64,000 bases of DNA from Octopus sinensis (GCF_006345805.1 NC_042999.1:82832001-82896000); one strand, 5' to 3'. Positions 11,579 through 23,559 are shown, counted from the stretch's first letter. Numbers and translations are program-made. Notes: generated by a model from the letters alone, not told the origin.

Positions 11579-12720
11579 TTTATTTTTATTATTATAATTT
11601 CGGCTGCAATCTGGCAGAATCGTTAAGCACGCCAGGCAAAAATGCTTAGCGGTATTTCGTCTGCCGTTACGTTCTAAGTTCAAATTCCGCCGAGTCAGAC
11701 TTTGCCTTTCATCCTTTCGGGGTCGATTAAATAAGTACCAGTTACGCACTGGGGTCGATATAATCGACTTACTCCGTTTGTCTGTCCTTCTTTGTCCTCT
11801 CTGTGTTTAGCCCCTTGTGGGTAGTAAATAAATAGGTATTTCGTCCGTCGCTACGTTCTGAGTTCAAATTCCGCCGAGGCCGACTTTGCCATTCATCCTT
11901 TCGGGGTCGATGAAATAAGTACCAGTGAAACTCTGGGTCGATGTAATCGATTAAGCCCCTCCCCTAAAATGGCTGCCTTTGTGGCAAAATTTGAAATCAT
12001 TATTATGATTATAAATAAGGCGGCGAACTGGCAGTATTTCATCCGTCGCCACGTTCTGAGTTCAAATTCCGCCGAGGTCGATTTTGCCTTTCATCCTTTA
12101 TATGGACCCCAATGAAACACTGAGGTCCATGTAATTGTCTAGTCCCACCGCCCCCAAATTTCAAGCCTTATGCCTATAGTAGAAAGGATTATTGTTATTG
12201 GTATTATTAAGGCGAGGAGCGTGCAGAATCGTTAGCACACCAGACAAAGTGTTTAGTTGCATTCTTTTTCGTGCTTACGTTCAAATTCCACCGAGGTCGA
12301 ATTTACTTTCATACCTTCGTAGTCGATAAAGTAAGTACCGGTCAAGTAGTAGAGTCGATGTAAACAACTTACCCCTCCTCCGAAATTGCTGGCCTCGTGC
12401 CAAAATTTGAAATCATCATCATCGTCGTCCTCGTCATCATCATTATCATCATCATCATCATCATCATTATTATTATTATTATTATTATCATTATTGTTAT
12501 TATTAAGGCGGTGAGCAGGCTGAATTGTTAGCATGTCGGGCAAAATGCTTCGCCGCATTTCGCCCGTCTATGTTCAGAATTCAAATTCCACCGAGATCAG
12601 CTTTTCCTTTCGAGATTGGTAAAATAAGTTTTGGGGTCGATTACATTGACTATACTCTTCCCCAAAATCTTTTAGGTCTTGCACCTGTAACAGAAAGGGT
12701 TATTATCAACATTATCATCA
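9790..12720 (+). mobile_element. Cluster of ~9 same-strand SINE family A copies, including dimers at 9885-10280 and 11610-12010
   Basis: Repeated A box (TGGCAGAATCGTTAG), B box (GAGTTCAAATTCC) and central GTCGACTTTGCCTTTCATCCTTTCGGGGTCGATAAATTAAGTACCAG, separated by (ATT)n/(AGT)n/(ATC)n runs. Confidence 0.92.
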
Positions 12721-13371
12721 TCATTATTAATATTGTTATTGTAATTTATCATCGAAGTTGAACGTGCTTTGGAAGCGGCGTGTGATTGAGTTTATTTATT
12801 TATTTTATAAGATGTTTAGTTTTCCATCTTGTTTCTTAATTGACAAGTACCATAACGGACTGATCAATCATTTCTGTTGTCCCATGGGGCAAAATTTAAA
12901 AGAAAGAACATTTTTCGAAGTAAACGGAAAATTTCAAAATGACATCGCTTTTGTCAACTAGCAAGAGCGGAAGAAGGTAGGAGACCTTAATGGTGAAACC
13001 GTCTTCCGCAGTCATCTCCTGTCAAATAATACTACAGACGTAGTAATAATTGAAAACAGTCGCAGCAATTTCTGTAGCCACAACAACTGCAATAATATCA
13101 CTAGCTGAAATAATAACAACACTAACTACGGTAGCAGCAGCAAGAAAATTGATATGTTAAACAAGGAAGCTCCCAAACTTGCGAGCAATCAAGTGTAACC
13201 ACCGTTATACCAACACCATGTCGCAGCTCAAAGAACCGTTACCCAGCCTTTAAGAAGCAATAACGGCAGAGAAAATAATGATGCTAATAACAACAGCAGT
13301 AGTAGCAGAGAACACAACAAAAGTATTTCTTTTGCCAGATTGCTAAAGCTTTCGATCTCTTCTCACTAGAC

Positions 13372-13526
13372 CAGCGTTTCTCAACCGGGGTTCCTCAGAA
13401 CCCTATGGTTCCGCAAAAGGTTACTAGGGGTTCCGCGAGAAAGAGTGTGATAAGCTAATGCTTATTAAAAAATATAACAACCTTTTGGGGATATATTTAT
13501 TGATGTATGTAATTTATGGACACCCT

Positions 13527-13608
<82 letters not shown>

Positions 13609-14492
13609 GAGAAAAACGCCCCCCGTCCAATGAATGGTACTGAGTTGTCAAATATTTAAACCAAATTTTCTCAAAACAACTTGTCCGACCGTCTCATAGG
13701 CCTCCCTTTTGAGAAACACTGATTTAACCTAAATTTGAGACACCAGCAAAAAAAGAAATAAAGATAGACTTTTTTCTATTCCAAAGAAAAACGATTTTAT
13801 TCACACAAATATGCAACCGAAGAGTTAACGATTTTATTCACACAAATATGCAACCGAAGAGTTTAAAGTACCAGTAATGATAAGGCTGTTGACTGGGAGA
13901 ACACAAACATGGTTTAAACAGTAAGCTTGGCGGGAAAGAAACGTGCCTTTAAGCAGTACAAAAACAACAAAAAATGGGAGGTGCAGTTATGTACAGGTTG
14001 ACGGAAGAAAAGCAGGACAAAAACGACTTTATCGATCACATTCTCACCTGGAATCGATTTTTGTAATTTTTTCAAGACTTATACACGCTCTGATACCGTC
14101 GGTATCTACATATCAAATTTGAGCGCAATCGGATGGAGGATTCCCGAGATCCTAGAAGGCACACGGACAGACAGAACGGATTTTATATAATAGATATATA
14201 TCAAATCAAATCAATCAAATCAAATTCATTGGCAGGAGAAGAGCACAAAGTGCTTAAGCCATGTAAAAAAAAAAGAAACAGTCATTGTTATATAGTTTGA
14301 TACATAGTCCCCACAGTTGTCTAGAGCTTCTTTGAACAGGGGAGTGGTGTGCAGTTGATATTTACCACGTGAACTCCGATAAAAAAAATGAGGAAGATAT
14401 GGTATATAGTTTTGTTGTTTTTTTGTGTGTGTGGAGGGTTTCCTTGAGACATGTAAAACGGTTGAAACATGTAAAACGGTTGAGAAACACTG
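13372..14492. mobile_element. Non-autonomous hAT (Charlie-like) DNA transposon
   Basis: 16-bp TIRs CAGCGTTTCTCAACCG / CGGTTGAGAAACACTG (15/16 match). Perfect 8-bp TSD CACTAGAC at 13364-13371 and 14493-14500 with the NNCTAGNN target pattern. Confidence 0.92.
14040..14194 (-). mobile_element. Helitron-like 5' terminal fragment nested in the hAT element
   Basis: Ends GACAGACAGAACGGATTTTATATAATAGA|T, i.e. A|TC on the minus strand, like the termini at 17674 and 40045. Confidence 0.5.
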
Positions 14493-14653
14493 CACTAGAC
14501 ATTAAACATGGACATTAAGAAGAGAAGTAGAAACACATCAATAAACTAGAATTTTAAAAAGTTAGGCTCAATATATCGCAACGCCATTTAGATCAGACAG
14601 AAATGAAAACAATTCTGTATAGATGCATATCAACATATACCTCCTGACCAAGC

Positions 14654-14958
14654 GTAAAGAACCTGAATAAATGCAGCAGGTACTTCTGGGATGTGTAACT
14701 ATTCTGCTAACTTACAACATCAATAATAATAATAATAATCTTTTCTACTATGGGCAAAAGGCTTGAAATTTTGGGAGAGGGGGACTAGTCGATTACATCG
14801 ACCCCTGTACTCAACTGGTACTTAATTTATCGACCCCGAAAGGATGAAAGGCAAAGTCGACCCCAGCGGAATTTGAACACAGAAAGTAGCAACGGGAGAA
14901 ATACCACTAAGTATTTCGCCCGGCGTGCTAACGATTCTGCTAGCTCACCGCCTTAACT
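14654..14958 (-). mobile_element. SINE family A monomer with ~70 bp 3' extension, flanked by an 18-bp TSD
   Basis: TATACCTCCTGACCAAGC at 14636-14653 and 14959-14976. Full tRNA-like head at the right end. Confidence 0.9.
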
Positions 14959-15478
14959 TATACCTCCTGACCAAGCTGAATTCTGTTTTGGAAACATGGC
15001 AAGATGTTGATTTTGTGGGACATACCCATAAATTTGGATATATATAAGTTATTTTCCACTCGGAAACCCTGACCCAAAAGCACTTCACCGGTCCTCATGC
15101 AAATGACGATTTCACACTGATACTGATTTCACAATGATATCGACTGAGTGTAATCCAAGATGTTGCGGCTCCAGGGTATGTCGACGGACCATATGCCACA
15201 GAAGACCTCTGTTCAGAGAGTGTCGACAGTAAATTGAGCTCCTGACCACCGAAAGCAGAATAGCAAGCACTCCAGTTCAGTAAGATGTCAGCCGATAGTA
15301 TATAACAGAGACAATGTAAGCGTTCGTCATTACTGCCTAACCTTTCAGAGACAGCATTCTTTCAGCCCGTTTCTGGGTGCTGAGATTGATCACGCCGATC
15401 GTCATCTCGTCTCAGTTCTTCTCCACTTGAAAATCTGGACCAATCCAGACTTTGAGTGATAATAATAACAACAACAAC

Positions 15479-15527
<49 letters not shown>

Positions 15528-15561
15528 TAATAATAATAATGATAAATAATAATAATAATAA

Positions 15562-15660
15562 CTAGCTGGACCCGTGAAAAATTCACGGAAAATATTACGA
15601 ATGTAAGTATCTGTAAATTGTGGGCTGGTGCCATGGGAAATGTTTCTATATTGTGACAGT
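15562..15660 (-). mobile_element. Helitron 3' end fragment
   Basis: Hairpin CCGTGAA-AAA-TTCACGG (15572-15588) followed on the minus strand by CTAG|T. Confidence 0.6.
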
Positions 15661-15664
15661 TAAA

Positions 15665-16035
15665 TGCAGCGAGCTGGCAGAAACGTTAGCACGCCGGGCG
15701 AAATGCGTAGCCGTATTTCGTCTGCCGTTACGTTCTGAGTTCAAATTCCGCCGACGTCGACTTTGCCTTTGATCCTTTCGGGGTTGATAAATAAAGTACC
15801 AGTTACGCACTGGGGTCGATGTAATCGACTTAATCCGTTTGTCTGTCCTTGTTTTTCCCCTCTGTGTTTAGCTCCTTGTGGGTAGTAAAGAAATAGGTAT
15901 TTTATCTGTATTTACGTTCTGAGTTCAAATTCTGCCGGAGGTCGACTTTGTCTTTCATCCTTTCGGAGTCGACAAATTAAGTACTAGTTGGGTACTGGGG
16001 TTGATCTAATCGACTGGCTCCCTCCCACAAAAAAT
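15665..16035 (+). mobile_element. SINE family A dimer
   Basis: Head GCAGCGAGCTGGCAGAAACGTTAGCAC, then unit 1 ending TAAAGAAATA, then a headless unit 2 starting GGTATT. Confidence 0.92.
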
Positions 16036-16039
16036 TTCA

Positions 16040-16435
16040 GGAGTGGCTGTGTGGTAAGTAGCTTGTTTACCAACCACATGGTCCCGGGTTCAGTACCACT
16101 GCGTGGCACCTTGGGCAAGTGTCCTCTACTATAGCCTCGGGCCGACCAAAGCCTTGTGAGTGGATTTTGTAGACGGAAACTGAAAGAAGCCCGTCGTATA
16201 TATGTATATATATGCGTGTGTGTGTTTGTGTGTCTGTGTCTGTCCCCCTAGCATTGCATGACAACCGATGCTGGTGTGTTTATGTCCCCGTTACCTAGCG
16301 GTTTGGCAAAAGAGTCCGATAGAATAAGTACTGGGCTTACAAAAGAATAAGTCCCGGGGTCGAGTTGCTCGATTAAAGGCGGTGCTCCAGCATGGCCGCA
16401 GTCAAATGACTGAAACAAGTTAAAGAGTAAAGAGA
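16040..16435 (+). mobile_element. SINE family B, near full length (tRNA head, CORE-like CCTTGGGCAAGT block, internal TA/TG microsatellite, LINE-derived tail)
   Basis: A box TGTGGTAAGTAG, B box GGGTTCAGTACC, tail CAGTCAAATGACTGAAACAAG followed by (TAAAGAG) repeats. Confidence 0.92.
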
Positions 16436-16611
16436 GTACAGTAGAAATGTATATTGCGACAGTTACAGAATATAGAAAGAAGTGTAAAACAGATAACTAT
16501 ATATATTCCAACCAATCGTAAACAGAATTACTATTTATTTAGCCTTAAAATACACTGTACATATTCGAAGAATCTTCTTGGTTCAGTGGTACGGAACGTT
16601 CTCCTAGTATT

Positions 16612-16812
16612 CTTTTACTTGCTTCAGTCATTTGACAGGTGCAAAGCTGGGGCACCGCCCTTTAGTCAAAGAAATCGACCCCTGGACTTATTCCCTGTAA
16701 ACCTGGTGCATATTCTATCAGTCTCTTTCGCTGAACAGATAAGTTACAGGGATGCAAACACACCAGCATCGGTTGTCAAGCAATGGTGGTGGGGGGACAA
16801 ACACAGTCACAA

Positions 16813-16830
<18 letters not shown>
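16612..16830 (-). mobile_element. SINE family B, 3' half, tail-to-tail with the preceding copy
   Basis: Reverse complement of 16230-16425. Confidence 0.88.
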
Positions 16831-16845
<15 letters not shown>

Positions 16846-17377
16846 CATTGCTTATAAATATATTTGGAAGGACTTATATTAAAGTCTGTTGGACTTTTGG
16901 ATTTTACTCAAAGGATATTGGAATATTGTATATATAACATTATACCTATAAAACGGATTTACAAATTCAATACCCATACATATCTTACATCTATTTTCTT
17001 TCCTCCACCTCACTCTCTATTTTGTATCACATCGAAACTAACTATGACTTAACTCTTCCTCTCACATATTACTAATTAATATCCAAGAAACAGCTATAAG
17101 ACCTTCTATCTATAAATGGTCTAAAATCTATACAGCCTTGGTTTTTTTATATCTTATTACACAAAAAATTCTTATATATACACGCTGACATAGAATCAAC
17201 GTTGAACCCTTTATTTGCAATATTACCGAATCTGGAACTTAACTATGGTCTGTCTATAGCACTTATTCAGCATTACCTGATACCTTTGGGTCTCAATGAC
17301 ACCATTTTCTCTTATAGATATATATAATATATATATATATATATTATATATATATATTATATATATATATATATATG

Positions 17378-17673
17378 CTAGCAGTATCGCCGGCGTTGCT
17401 CGGGTTTGTAAGGGAAATAACTATATAAGCATTTTTAGAGAGTTACTTCCCTTATATAATAGCAAAAAAATGCATTAAAAATGGGAAAAAATGATGGTAA
17501 ATTTTTTTTAAATCGTAGACTCATCGTAGACGCGCGCTAATACCCAGAAGGGCTCGATATGAATCACGACTATAAGATACCCGCTTTTGGTTACACTGCA
17601 CCGCAAAATGTGGTGGTAGTTAGGAATCTAAATCGTAGGAGACAGACACACAACTTCACTTTTATATATAAAG

Positions 17674-17674
<1 letters not shown>
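17378..17674 (-). mobile_element. Short non-autonomous Helitron
   Basis: Minus strand starts A|TC at 17674 and ends with the hairpin CCCGAGCAACGCCGG followed by CTAG at 17378. The same 3' terminus occurs at 39659. Confidence 0.8.
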
Positions 17675-17708
<34 letters not shown>

Positions 17709-17838
17709 TATATGTATGTATGTATGTATGTACATATATATGACCGGGCTTGTAGGTGGTAATGATGCTAGCTGGTGCGATTTTGTCGTTTGGTGGTATA
17801 CTGAGAGAGATCCAGCCCTGTTTCTCATTTTTGCTCAG

Positions 17839-18087
17839 TTAATCTCCATCTCTCTTAGTTTGAAAATACACTTCTCTTTGGTCCTGGCTCATTTGTTCTA
17901 TCCTTTGCTGGTTCCTTTCCCTCCTATGCCGTAGGATACGCTGCCTCTCCTCTTGGCTTATTTCGCTTCTTCTCTTTCTCATCCTCGCGCGATTTTGATT
18001 CCTTATTTCCTCCTGCTGATCCTCGCACAACCGTTCTCTCCTTCTACGCTGACGATCTCGTGCTGCATCCCTCATGCGATTATCCAT
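17839..18087 (-). pseudogene. Arg/Glu/Gln-rich STPR-like fragment, probably the N-terminus of a Helitron Rep/helicase protein
   Basis: RRSEISQEERQRILRHRRERNQQRIEQMSQDQREVY has ~23-residue periodicity like STPR repeats. It is non-microsatellite sequence next to a Helitron. Confidence 0.5.
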
Positions 18088-18284
18088 ATTTTAAAACTTG
18101 TTATTAAAACCATAAATCTCCAAAATGATTCAGAGTGTTTCAATTGAAAAACATATACGAATGTATTAGATAGTTTTTTGTTTAAAAGGTGAAAATATTT
18201 CCTGAAATACTCGCCTAATATGCAAAGATACAGTATATAGGATACTGTAATAAATTATATTGTAGGAAATTAAAAAAAAATAAT

Positions 18285-18810
18285 GGGGAAAAATAGAATT
18301 AATATTTTTGATTTTGTTCGGCTCTATGAATTTAATTTTTTTTTAATGCTTTTGTCAATTGCTTGATACAAGAAAAAGAAATTGGAAAAATCCTGACCAA
18401 AACAGAGAAATTCTAACTTAACAAAACATATAGGAAGAGAAAGTTACGTTTATTTCCACCATGTGACACTTATTATCGCACACACACAAATACTTTCGTG
18501 TATGTGTGTGTGTGCGCCCGCGCGTGTTTTAGTTTTTGCTTACTTATACACATCAACAAATGAACCAATCCAATTTTGTGTGCTTGTTCAATTTGCTAGA
18601 AATAACAGCCAAATCTCACTCATACTATGCTGCTGTTAGTATTAAGGAAAAGAAAGGTAGAACTAATATTTTAGATTTGGTTCGGCTCTATGAATTTACA
18701 TTTCTTTAAATGCTTTTTGTCTATTACTTGATACAAGAAAAAAGAAATTGGAAAAATCCTGACCAAAACAGAGACATTGTAACTTAACAAAAAAATATAG
18801 AAAGAGAAAG
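18285..18810. repeat. Two diverged ~160-bp direct repeats (18285-18443, 18647-18810)
   Basis: Both contain TTCGGCTCTATGAATTT...TTGATACAAGAAAAA(A)GAAATTGGAAAAATCCTGACCAAAACAGAGA...AACTTAACAAAA. Confidence 0.9.
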
Positions 18811-19057
18811 AAAAGAGTTGTATTCGAAAGCCAAAAGATGTTGTTTAGTTGAGGTGTAATATTATAATTAAAACAAACTCAAAATTTAAATTTCGGAACA
18901 TAAGACTTAACATGCTATCTGGTGTATGTGCAAATTCAAATGGGTAGAAGACCTAAAACAAATGTGTGTATGTGTGAATGGTTGGGCCTTTAATAGCTAG
19001 GGGTCAATTTCAGTTCAATTGTAGAAAGGAATTAAGTTCCTTTAAGCCATTCCCCCT

Positions 19058-19097
<40 letters not shown>

Positions 19098-19364
19098 CCA
19101 CTTCCTTTCTCCCATGTTCGACACACGCGTCAAATTTAAGTATCTTAATTTTCTCTTAATATCATTGATGCTTCGGTGGCCTAGTAGGCATGGGCGTTGA
19201 AAAGTAGAAATATAACACATCGGTGGTGGTTTCAGAGCTCTTCTAGAAATTACAACAGATCTAAGATAAAAAAATTTTATTTAAGTTTCTTTCAACAGTT
19301 TCTTTCTCTTAAGAGTGACACAATGTACAAATTGGTGTATTAATATTATTGATAATATTAATGA

Positions 19365-19968
19365 TGATGATTTTATTTATTTGCCACAAGGATGAGGGAG
19401 ACAATACAAAGACAGGACATAAAGTGCTGAGATTTACATATAATGAAATGATAAAAGGTACGTATACACTGTATGCACTGAAAAAGAAGGGACATGTGCA
19501 TAGCATACAAAGGTTTAGAAAAAATAAAGGGGAGGGGAGGAAGGCCTCAATTGGATAATCAAGGAACTTCATTGTCCGAGATTTCCCTGAAACCCCAATT
19601 CATTCTCCAATTCATTCTCTATGACTCACAGGTCTACACTTAGAGAGGTACCAACCATCTTGCCATTTTCACAACTTTCACTCACATTTCAATAAACTTA
19701 CTCGAGGACAGCACTTCCCTCTCCACTCTCAATTTCCTTTTCAAGTGAAACTTGAAGAAGTCAATGAGAGCTCTACCAAAGAGGAATATATCTGTCCTCA
19801 TGCTTTTCAGCCTTGTTCACCAAACAACCACTTTTGCCACAGCCACCAGGCAAAGGAAAACTGCTTTACTTGCCCGACTGAAGGAGAGCAGCGGAACGAT
19901 CATCACTACAGACTCGACCGACGGACGGATACGTCGCACATGTGACAGCAGCTGTTCGACATAACAGT
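19365..19968 (-). mobile_element. 3' fragment of an L1/Tx1-like LINE (ORF2 C-terminus, 3' UTR, (ATC)n tail)
   Basis: Translation ...VAVAKVVVW*TRLKSMRTDIFLFGRALIDFFKFHLKRKLRVEREVLSS is homologous to the 53111/56191 copies. Ends CCTTGTGGCAAATAAATAAAATCATCATC. Confidence 0.75.
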
Positions 19969-19998
19969 GGTGGTGGTGGTGGCAGGGGCAGCAACAGC

Positions 19999-20043
<45 letters not shown>

Positions 20044-20082
20044 GGTGGTGGTGGTGGTGGTGGTGGTGGTGGTGGTGGTGGT

Positions 20083-20127
<45 letters not shown>

Positions 20128-20148
20128 AGAAGAAGAAGAAGAAGAAGA
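19966..20148. repeat. Compound trinucleotide microsatellite (GTG)(GCA)(GTA)(GTG)(GTA)(GAA)
   Basis: Directly visible blocks of in-register trinucleotides. Confidence 0.95.
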
Positions 20149-20554
20149 GCACTCCGAGAGCGCAAACCTCCGCCAAGGTAACACCAACGTCTTAGCAGTG
20201 ATTATCCAGAGCCGATTTTGTCCGGTACCGGATCGATTGCTAAATCTAATCAGGTCGTACCAGTCACGAGGCCAAAAATCCCTGAAAGTTTCATTCGAAT
20301 CCATCCAGTGGTTCTTGAGATATCTCGTCTACGGACAAACAAACAAACAGCAAACACAACTGCAAACAATACATCCGCCTTCTCAAAGTAGTAATAACAA
20401 TAATAATACCAGTAATTGTAGGAACACTAGGATTGATCAAAAAAGGAACTAAAAATCATTTAAGAATAATCCGTGGTTTGCGATTCCTGGAAGACGAGCA
20501 AAAGATTGCTTTAACTGGTATGTCACACCTATTGAGAAGTAAAAGAATAAAAGA

Positions 20555-20593
<39 letters not shown>

Positions 20594-20604
20594 CACACAC
20601 ACAC

Positions 20605-20637
<33 letters not shown>

Positions 20638-21654
20638 CATGGCAAGAAGAAAATGAAGTGAATCCAGAGGTAGTATTCATCAGCTGTTAGGCATTATATT
20701 ATGTCTATTTATTTAAACAGTTCAGATAATATATATATAAATACATGTGTAAAGTACTAGTAATTTCTAGAACAGAGTAGAAGAGCTGTTTCTTACGGCT
20801 GTTTCTGCCAATAGGTCACAGTAAATTAAGGGCAAAACCACTAATTACCCTCGCCTAGTTATTATATTAAGTAGTGTAATTGCCACGCAATAACCAACAC
20901 TTGTTTGTTAATTAGGTATTCTACCAGCAGTATATTGGATAGATAGTATCCCTTAGTTGGTTGGATTCACGACCTCTAACTCTCTTTGACTAGATTTGTG
21001 ACTATTCGGTGGTACAGAAGTATTTTTCGACTTCTATTTTTTAGCAATATAGGTACTCATGTAGTACCCTTGTGCATATATGTACATATCTAATATTGTA
21101 TGTATATATTTTATATATATATGTATATTAATAAATTTCAGGGTAGTAAAATATTATTTAGAAATTTTTTACCACCTTGGCCTAGCGTGTAGAAAAACTA
21201 GTCGACAGACTATATATTATTCATTATATATACAGTGAACATTTAAACACATAAGGGATGGCCATAATCGGATATCTAAACCGCTAGAAGGAGTAGTTAA
21301 AATCCAAAACAACAATTAGGAGTAATTTCGAAAGGGAATGAAAAATAAAAACATTTATCATCTATTTCCTGGACCGTGGTTTCGAGCAATCTTCAGCAAA
21401 TAAAGTAATTTTCTAGGCGAAGCTCTCATCAGCAGGAAAGCTGATTAACATATAAGTCCGAGGCAATACAGAACATGCTCTGTATGTATTTATGTATTTA
21501 TATATATATTTATGTATTTATATATATATATATCACTGTATGTATATCACTGTATGTATTTATGTATTTATATATATATTTATGTATTTATATATATATA
21601 TCAGTCTCGACGAGACAATCGGTTGTTTTGTTGCTATATGCTGTTATATATTCG

Positions 21655-21780
21655 GCTGAGTGGACTGGAGTAACATAAAATGAAGTCTTTTTTTACTCAA
21701 TAAAACAGCGCAGGTCTAGGAATCGAAATCACGTTCTTGCGATCGTGAGTTGCAATACCCTAGCCAATATGCCATATACT
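21655..21780 (-). mobile_element. SINE family C head, degenerate
   Basis: Matches the heads at 36760-36908 and 45480-45602. Confidence 0.7.
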
Positions 21781-21789
21781 TTCACACGC

Positions 21790-22525
21790 GCACATGTATG
21801 TATGTATGTATGTATGTATGTATGTATGTATGTATGTATTATGTATGTATGTATGTATGTATGTATGCATGCATGTATGTATGCACACATACATATGTAT
21901 GTATGTATGTACACATAAATATGTGGCTATATATGTATAGGCACGCTCACATTTATACATATATATTTTTTTTATTTATTAATACACATATATACACACA
22001 TACAAACAAACACACACACACACACATACACACACATACACGGATACACATGTTGATGCATACATGCATACAATTAAGACACAATCAGTTTTTTATGAAA
22101 AAAAAATATAATTATATTCAGTAGCGATAAAATAAATTATTAAATGCAACGAAATTAAATCAAAATAACGAGAAGACATCACGAAAATGAAAAAAATTAT
22201 ATAGTTCAATATAAAGACTCAGAAAAGATTAAAGATAACTATAATTGCCATTAAGTCTGCCAGAACTATTGTAGGCTAGCAACTGGTAAGTCTTGTAAGT
22301 ATAATAGCATTTAATCATGTTTTATGTTTACCAACCTGACAGACTTATAAGAAACCCACGCAAAGAAGAAAAGTAATTTCTTAAACGTGGTTCTCGATAC
22401 GATCATACTGCGCGGCACCTAAGGCAAGAGTTTTTCACTTAAAAGCCTCGGGTGGATAAAACCATTGTGAATGTAAATTTGTAAGACGGAAATTCAACGT
22501 AATCTCGTCTGATTTATGTGTGTGG

Positions 22526-22577
<52 letters not shown>

Positions 22578-22980
22578 GAGAGAAAGAAAGAAAGAAAGGA
22601 AGGAAGGAAGGAAGAAAGAGAGAGAGAGATTGTGTGTGTGTTTGGGCTTCTCTGTGCATGAGTTTGAGTGTATACACATACATTACATACTTGCAAGTAT
22701 TATGTATGTATGCATGTATGTATGTAGTTCTAAAGGTATATGTGTGCAAAGCTAAAAATGTCCACATGTATGTTTGTGTTTGTGTGTGTGTGTATGCGTG
22801 TGTGTTAGGGTTTTTCTGCTAGTGTATATGTATTTGAGTGTATACATATATACGTTATATGTATGTAGCTCTAAAGCTATGTGTGCAATGCTAAAAACGT
22901 TCATATATATGTTTCTCTGTGTGTGTGTGTGTGTGCATGTGTGTGTGTGTGTGTGTGTGTTGTGTGTGTGTGTGTGTGCA

Positions 22981-23021
<41 letters not shown>

Positions 23022-23065
23022 ATGTGTGTGTGTGTGTTGTGTGTGTGTGTGTGTGTGTGTGTGCA

Positions 23066-23110
<45 letters not shown>
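21790..23110. repeat. Compound microsatellite region (TATG)n, (GA)n/(GAAA)n/(GGAA)n, (TG)n
   Basis: Directly visible. Confidence 0.9.
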
Positions 23111-23112
<2 letters not shown>

Positions 23113-23559
23113 TCACAGAAGAGAGTTCAAAGAATCAATAATGTGCAGCCGCGCAAGAGGAGGAAAATGAAAAAAAAAAAAAAGATTGGGGAACGCACTC
23201 AAAATAATCCCCATTATAAGTGGGCGAGTAGCAGAACCGTTAGAACAGCGGAAAACTGCCTTGTGCTATTCGTTTGGACTCTTTACACTCTGAGTGTAAA
23301 TCCCGCCGATGTCAACTTTTTCTACCATCCCTCCCGAGTAACCCTAACCTTCAGAAACTGCTAGCTTTGCGCCTTGATCAGAGACAATTACATTAAGGCC
23401 AACAACTAAACCAGTATCACTGCCCAAAGATGTCACATTCATAAGAGAACACTGTGAGGTTTGTAAGGCAGCTGCAGGAGACCCATTTTTCTCTTTCGAA
23501 TCAAAACTCTGACCGGGAAATCCAAGTTGATCTGGAGGCTAGATTCATCGTTTTCATAT

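Noticed and set aside
15665-15760. tRNA-like A/B-box sequences here and at 16040, 31818, 36908 and 45602
   Set aside because: They are SINE heads with no complete cloverleaf and continue into repeat bodies.
19817-20304. Overlapping ORFs with poly-H/Y/L/T/P/G runs
   Set aside because: They come from a compound trinucleotide microsatellite. The only coding signal is the adjoining LINE fragment.
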